From positions 65,106-129,105 of the IMG/VR virus record IMGVR_UViG_3300011335_000900: DNA of 64,000 bases. One strand, given 5' to 3'. The position numbers were made by a program, and so were the translations under genes. The stretch comes from a virus. A model generated the notes under the pieces. That model was not told where the DNA came from and searched no databases. It saw nothing but the letters and a program-made list of their open reading frames with translations. This document shows, one piece after another, positions 59,457-64,000 of the stretch. How positions within the stretch are numbered: position 1 is the stretch's first letter; the number at the start of each line of letters is the position of its first letter.

Positions 59457-60110
59457 ATGGCTCACGCAAAACCTATATCAAAAGAGGATGTACTGCGGGC
59501 AATGAAACAAACCCGTTCTGTTTTATCAGCGGCTCGGTATTTAAATTGTTCATACCAGCATCTAAAGCCGTTTATGAAGGCATATAAAGATGAGGAAACA
59601 GGCTTGTCTTTGTTTGATTTGCATAAAAACCAATGTGGAAAAGGTATTCCAAAATTTATGAGCAATCATCCTTTTGGGAGAAAACAACCCGCCATTGAGG
59701 ATATTGTAAATGGAACAGCAGATGCTTCGTCCTTTTCACCAGATAAATTAAAGTTTAGAATGGTGGAGGCCGGATATATGATAGAGGAATGTTATTGGTG
59801 TGGGTTCAATGAAAAAAGAGAGGTAGATGGAAAAATTCCTGTAATTATGTTTTTTAAAGATGGAAATAAGCATAATTTTAGGGATGGTAACCCACAATTA
59901 TCGTGTTATAACTGCTATTTTATACGTTTAGGCAACGTTTTTACTGAGCGAGACATGGAGTCTATGGAAGGCCATCAGACCGTTTATAAAACCACGGAAA
60001 TGATTGATTTTAAATTAGATGATTACCATATGAGAAAACTGGAGGAGTTAGGGGGTAATGGAAATAGAGTTGAAAGTGACCCATATGCTTTAGTTTCAAG
60101 GAAAAAGTAA
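59457..60110 (+). CDS. HTH plus degenerate HNH-like zinc domain protein
   Basis: SVLSAARYL.CSY HTH; CYWCG...FFKDGNKHN...CYNC. Confidence 0.7.
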   Translation: MAHAKPISKEDVLRAMKQTRSVLSAARYLNCSYQHLKPFMKAYKDEETGLSLFDLHKNQCGKGIPKFMSNHPFGRKQPAIEDIVNGTADASSFSPDKLKFRMVEAGYMIEECYWCGFNEKREVDGKIPVIMFFKDGNKHNFRDGNPQLSCYNCYFIRLGNVFTERDMESMEGHQTVYKTTEMIDFKLDDYHMRKLEELGGNGNRVESDPYALVSRKK

Positions 60111-60129
60111 TATTTATGATCAAAATATT

Positions 60130-60252
60130 ATGTCTAAATCTAAAAAAGAAGGTAAACCTAAAAGAAACAGTGTAAATCTTGCTAAGAGATTAAAGCACAT
60201 TGAAAACAACGATGCAATAATAAGTAAATTGAAGGAAAATATTCATCATTAA
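60130..60252 (+). CDS. 40-aa basic protein
   Basis: MSKSKKEGKPKRN... after TATTTAT. Confidence 0.5.
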   Translation: MSKSKKEGKPKRNSVNLAKRLKHIENNDAIISKLKENIHH

Positions 60253-60408
60253 GTGAAAAAGAAAAAACATAATAAGTTAATAAAAGACTACGATAAACAA
60301 AAGGAGAAACACCTTGAGAAACTAGCATCAAAAATGCTAGAAAACGATGAGAAGATTAATAAATTAAAAGGAAAAAATATTAATACGGACTTTTTAAACT
60401 TATTTTAA
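60253..60408 (+). CDS. 51-aa basic protein (GTG start)
   Basis: Fills the gap exactly between neighbours. Confidence 0.5.
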   Translation: MKKKKHNKLIKDYDKQKEKHLEKLASKMLENDEKINKLKGKNINTDFLNLF

Positions 60409-60409
60409 A

Positions 60410-60724
60410 ATGGTAACAGAAATTAGTGTATTTGATAGTGAGGAATTTGAGGAATTGATTTCACAACGTGATTTGAGAATATCAAAGGCACTTGTAGAAA
60501 CTATCTTAAAGAACTTAAAAGGTAGAAAAAGACACCTACACGCCCTTACAGTATTGGTAGAACAAGACCAAACAATATATGATATAACAGTGGATAGAAA
60601 TGATTTCATCACCACTCTAGAACAGAACCTTCCAGTATATGAAAAGAATGAACTGTATGAAGGATGTGCTGAAATAGTTACTGCTGTAAAATTTTTAAAA
60701 GGCAAGGATATTAAAAAGAAATAA
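60410..60724 (+). CDS. Hypothetical protein with C-terminal UVR-like motif
   Basis: YEKNELYEGCAEI. Confidence 0.7.
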   Translation: MVTEISVFDSEEFEELISQRDLRISKALVETILKNLKGRKRHLHALTVLVEQDQTIYDITVDRNDFITTLEQNLPVYEKNELYEGCAEIVTAVKFLKGKDIKKK

Positions 60725-60778
60725 AAGGGAATTGGATTTACAAAAGAATTTTTGTATATTTCATCTAAAAGAAAGGTT

Positions 60779-61222
60779 ATGTTAAGTGAGTTAACGTTAG
60801 AGTATGAAGACGGAACTAGGGTAGTAAAAGTGGTTCCTAAAAGCGAATCCACAATTTACCCCCAAAGAGACAATATTAAACATTGCACTCATAGATCTTT
60901 CAAATACGAGGTATCAAAACACCCTTATTTATGTGTTGCTATTGTAAAAATGGGAGAGGAATATAGAATTATGCCTGAAGGTATTAATTGTATCCCTGAA
61001 ACTGAATTAAGTGATGTTTTGATAATAGATAATTTACCTAAAGTTGTTGAAAAGCCTAAACAGGAAAATAAATGGATGTTTGAATCCTCAAGTGGAGATG
61101 GCTTTTATCAAGTAAGAGAGAATATGGGTAAATTAAAATGCAGTTGTCCTGGATCATGGAGAGCATTTGATAAAAGATGTAAACATATTAAAGAAGTAGA
61201 AAAAGAGTTAAATATAAAATAA
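60779..61222 (+). CDS. SWIM zinc-finger protein
   Basis: YQV...CSCPG...CKH. Confidence 0.8.
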   Translation: MLSELTLEYEDGTRVVKVVPKSESTIYPQRDNIKHCTHRSFKYEVSKHPYLCVAIVKMGEEYRIMPEGINCIPETELSDVLIIDNLPKVVEKPKQENKWMFESSSGDGFYQVRENMGKLKCSCPGSWRAFDKRCKHIKEVEKELNIK

Positions 61223-61227
61223 AAAAT

Positions 61228-61320
61228 ATGAGCAAAAATTCAGCAAAACAAAACACAGAACAGTTCCAAAGTTGGTTAAGTTGGTTAAACTATATCACTA
61301 GAAAACAAGCTAAAAAGTAA
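61228..61320 (+). CDS. 30-aa hypothetical protein
   Basis: MSKNSAKQNTEQFQSWLSWL... Confidence 0.4.
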   Translation: MSKNSAKQNTEQFQSWLSWLNYITRKQAKK

Positions 61321-61325
61321 AATTT

Positions 61326-61379
61326 GGTCCTATCGACTATCGGTTAGGTCGTCAGGTTTTCATCCTGGAAAGCGGGGTT
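61326..61379 (+). pseudogene. Truncated tRNA-Glu(TTC), 3' half of T-arm and acceptor missing
   Basis: GGTCCTA, D-arm GAC..GTC, TCAGG-TTTTCAT-CCTGG, CGGGGTT, then break. Confidence 0.75.
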
Positions 61380-61387
61380 TACATTTT

Positions 61388-61459
61388 GTTCCGTTAGTGA
61401 AGAGGTTAACACGCTGCCCTTTCACGGCAGAGGCGTCGGTTCGAACCCGTCACGGAATG
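61388..61459 (+). tRNA. tRNA-Glu(TTC)
   Basis: GTTCCGT/ACGGAAT acceptor; CTGCC-CTTTCAC-GGCAG; GGTTCGAACCC; no encoded CCA. Confidence 0.9.
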
Positions 61460-61515
61460 CAAGAATAATTCGAATTTTATCGATTTTCGAACTCTCTTTC
61501 AATATGTATAATAAA

Positions 61516-61974
61516 ATGAAAGAGTGTAGTAAATGTAAAATTGATAAAGAAAATATAGAATTTGGTATATCTTCAAGAACTAAAGATGGTTCCAATTCAT
61601 GGTGCAAATTATGTGTTAGAGAAAGAAGTAAACAATGGTATGAAGGAAATAAGGAAAAAGCTAATAAAAAAAGTAGTAAAAGATCTCAAGACAGGAGAAA
61701 TTGGATAAATGAAATCAAACAGCAACTTAAATGTATTAAATGTGAAGAAAATCACATAGCATGTTTAGAGTTCCATCATATAAACCCAATTGAAAAAAAA
61801 TTTGAGATTGGTAGAGCTATAAACCAAATAGGTATTGAAAAAGAAGAAATATTAAAAGAAATGGAAAAATGTATTATTTTATGTTCAAATTGCCATAAAA
61901 AATTTCATTATTTAGAAAGAACAGAACAATATAATATAGAAAAATATTTAAATAATCAGGTAGCGGAATGGTAG
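61516..61974 (+). mobile_element. HNH homing endonuclease in the tRNA region
   Basis: CIKC...LEFHHINP...KCIILCSNCH..FH. Confidence 0.88.
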
Positions 61975-62050
61975 ACGCTAAGGTGGTAAGATAGAAAGTT
62001 CATAAACGGATTGCCTAAGGTATAAGCGGTTGCTAAGCAGGAAGTATGCT
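61954..62050 (+). ncRNA. 5' part of a tRNA-like element (no T-arm)
   Basis: AATCAGGTAGCGGAATGGTAGACGCTAA nearly identical to the start of 62228. Confidence 0.5.
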
Positions 62051-62145
62051 TTTAAAAAATAATTAAATTTCTCTGCAAAAAGATTAGGATTCCCGATATA
62101 GGGTTCGTATATTTACAAGGTAAGATAATTAATTAATAAAAACAA

Positions 62146-62209
62146 CAGCCTGTACCCTTGAGAAACTCGTATTTAAAGATAAGCAGGTTGGCTTCGAAAT
62201 AAAGGGGTA
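62146..62209 (+). ncRNA. Candidate pseudoknotted leader RNA
   Basis: CAGCCTG/CAGGTTG crossed by TACCCTT/AGGGGTA; internal GAG-AAA-CTC. Confidence 0.4.
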
Positions 62210-62227
62210 TTAGAATAAGAAGCAATT

Positions 62228-62331
62228 AGTCAGGTGGCGGAATGGTAGACGCTAAAATAATGGGTGGACAGCGTGCCATTGGGGTAGAACCAAGAAAGTT
62301 ACGCATACAGGTTCGAATCCTGTCCTGACTA
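62228..62331 (+). ncRNA. tRNA-like RNA with expanded non-canonical anticodon domain
   Basis: AGTCAGG/CCTGACT, Leu-like D-arm, perfect ACAGG-TTCGAAT-CCTGT; 54 nt between D and T arms with no standard anticodon loop. Confidence 0.75.
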
Positions 62332-62405
62332 CAAAAAAACGTTGGTGGAAACACTAAAGAGCATAATGATATCATCCCCAGCAGGTTAAGCATGCCCTGC
62401 AATAT

Positions 62406-62475
62406 AGTCAGATGGCGTGTTGGCATACGCACCCGATCATAAGGGAGATAATGGGTTCGATTCCTAATCTGACTA
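62406..62475 (+). tRNA. Degenerate tRNA(CAT)-like RNA
   Basis: AGTCAGA/TCTGACT; CCC-GATCATAA-GGG; mismatched T-stem. Confidence 0.5.
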
Positions 62476-62538
62476 CGCAAAAAACATTGAACTGAGTTTC
62501 CTTACCCTGCAAAGGATGGGTTTTACAAGTTCAACTAT

Positions 62539-62612
62539 GCGTCTGTAGCTCCAATTGGTAGAGCATCGGATTCCAAATCCGAGTGTTGGTGGTTCGAATC
62601 CATCCAGGCGTG
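62539..62612 (+). tRNA. tRNA-Trp(CCA)
   Basis: GCGTCTG/CAGGCGT; TCGGA-TTCCAAA-TCCGA; GGTTCGAATCC. Confidence 0.92.
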
Positions 62613-62651
62613 CAAGTACAAGAGTTCTTTGACATATAAAAATTTAGAAAA
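62613..62651 (+). repeat. 39-bp direct repeat, copy 1 (contains boxA-like GTTCTTTGACAT)
   Basis: Identical to 63472-63510. Confidence 0.92.
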
Positions 62652-62741
62652 GAATCTAAACGAGTAAAATTTGATGTGTTAAAATGTTAAAGTATTTGGA
62701 AATAAAAAATAAAAATTATATATTAAAATAAAATAAGTTAT

Positions 62742-63071
62742 ATGAACAGAAGACAACAAGAACGAATAGCAGATTTAGGAAGAGCATTCCAATCATCACT
62801 AGAAGAAATTATTGACATGGGTGAGGAAGAAACATTGGTGCGTGAAGATGAAGAATACGAACTACCAATTCCAATGCCTGTAGACATGAATGATAAATTA
62901 GCCCAGTACGATGTAAATATTAAACACGTACATAATGGGTTTATTGTTGGTGTTGGTTGCCAAACATTTGTATTTGAATCGTTTGACAAACTATCAAAGT
63001 ATATGGCAATATATTATGATGATCCTCGAGGAACATATGAAAAACACTATAAAGGGGAATTACTTAAATAA
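62742..63071 (+). CDS. Acidic hypothetical protein
   Basis: NGFIVGVGCQTFVFE; promoter at 62696. Confidence 0.75.
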   Translation: MNRRQQERIADLGRAFQSSLEEIIDMGEEETLVREDEEYELPIPMPVDMNDKLAQYDVNIKHVHNGFIVGVGCQTFVFESFDKLSKYMAIYYDDPRGTYEKHYKGELLK

Positions 63072-63087
63072 TATGTATACCAAAATA

Positions 63088-63466
63088 GTACCTACCACGC
63101 TTCTGGACCGGAGTATCTCCGATCGAGCGTACCAGGGTAGGTCTTTTGCTCACCAACATGAAAATGTTGGAACCCTCTAGTTCTCCGGTTCTAGAGTATA
63201 GTTCTTTACCTTAGGTAAGGAATCTATAAAGGTTTTGTGCATTGAACCCAAATCAATGCACCACGCCCCCCTGTGGATAGAATCTCCAGGTCCAGTACCA
63301 TCGGGCATACCGTTAGATCTGCTCACTTGGATGGTCTTTTCGATATTGGGAAGTTGGGATGCTTTGTAGGTGCAAACGCGTTGCCTTTACAGACTACCAT
63401 ATAACCACTATCACCCCCTAGAAAGTGCCAAGGACGCTTGGAAAACTACTAGGGGTTTTTTATTTT
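63088..63466 (+). ncRNA. Candidate large structured ncRNA (~380 nt)
   Basis: GC-rich relative to the genome; at least 7 hairpins; late motif at 63071; ends in CCCCTAG/CTAGGGG plus T-tract. Confidence 0.7.
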
Positions 63467-63471
63467 GGGGA

Positions 63472-63510
63472 CAAGTACAAGAGTTCTTTGACATATAAAA
63501 ATTTAGAAAA
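63472..63510 (+). repeat. 39-bp direct repeat, copy 2
   Basis: Identical to 62613-62651; 13-nt reverse complement at 63909-63921. Confidence 0.92.
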
Positions 63511-63511
63511 C

Positions 63512-63895
63512 ATGATAGAAATCACATCATATGTTTTAGGTATGCTTACGATTGCAGCAGTATTATTATTGATTGCTTTAGTTGTAGGTATGGTTAAGAT
63601 AAGCAAATTAGAAAAAAAAATAAGTGAACATCAAAAACAATTCGATATTGTATATGAAAATATGAGCCGCAGTGAAGAATATCTTCGTCGATTGCTTGAA
63701 GATACTCATCGCGATATCAATATGGTTGAAAAAACAATAATGAATCAAGTTCAACAAATTGATCAAGAACATCACAAAATAGAAGATGAAATTCATCGAG
63801 AAATTGATCAAACAAAATCCTATATTGATTCTCGAATCGATAAGGTAGTATTACAAGGTTCCCTTGTGGGATCAAAAGAATTAATTAAAGGATAA
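63512..63895 (+). CDS. Single-TM coiled-coil protein
   Basis: Start reassigned to ATG 63512; N-terminal TM then heptads. Confidence 0.75.
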   Translation: MIEITSYVLGMLTIAAVLLLIALVVGMVKISKLEKKISEHQKQFDIVYENMSRSEEYLRRLLEDTHRDINMVEKTIMNQVQQIDQEHHKIEDEIHREIDQTKSYIDSRIDKVVLQGSLVGSKELIKG

Positions 63896-63977
63896 ACTAA
63901 CCGTTAAAAACTCTTGTACTTTTATTTGGCTTTTAAAATTTTTTTTCGTATATTCCATTATAAAAAAGGAAAAATCA

Positions 63978-64000
63978 ATGAAAATTACATTAATCTCTGA
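63978..64000 (+). CDS. Start of a probable metallophosphoesterase (truncated by window end)
   Basis: MKITLIS(D) after the promoter at 63926. Confidence 0.4.

Noticed and set aside
62226-62480. 84-aa minus-strand ORF, and similarly 61422-61607 and 62935-63180
   Set aside because: They overlap tRNA, tRNA-like or structured RNA sequence that explains the composition
63088-63466. RNase P RNA or tmRNA
   Set aside because: No GAGGAAAGUCC/P4 signature and no tRNA-like T-arm/CCA end on either strand by eye

Overview
This is an AT-rich window whose genes lie almost all on the + strand under the standard code. It is best read as part of a large, T4-like or jumbo dsDNA phage infecting Bacteroidota. 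The host inference rests on ~18 copies of a T(T/A)G(G/C)-N18-GTAYMTT promoter resembling the Bacteroidetes -33/-7 consensus, and on A-rich, SD-less starts (AAAAGTTATG). In order, the window holds: class I ribonucleotide reductase; a membrane/lysis cassette (holin-like proteins, an orphan receptor-like sensor, a YkuD-motif endolysin candidate); two repeat-rich fibre/adhesin proteins; a sulfotransferase/APS kinase/nucleotidyltransferase/glycosyltransferase block; a 7-deazaguanine cluster (TGT/DpdA-like, queC, queD, queE, folE, plus a PRTase and a MazG-like gene); the replication core (PolB, clamp, clamp loader), GroES/GroEL and a Cas4-like nuclease; a ~15 kb glycosylation/NDP-sugar island (Gmd, ColD-like, split TPP enzyme); and a tRNA/ncRNA region. 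Five free-standing homing endonuclease genes are interspersed. The most notable unexplained signals are: (1) tRNA-scaffold RNAs with non-canonical anticodon domains and a ~380 nt highly structured ncRNA inside a 39-bp direct repeat; (2) an H-type pseudoknot at the predicted 5' end of the queC transcript; (3) a sulfation module beside the fibre genes; (4) a probable branched 3,6-dideoxysugar pathway; (5) a dispersed family of late proteins sharing short targeting-like tags. All calls come from reading motifs by eye; no database searches were run.
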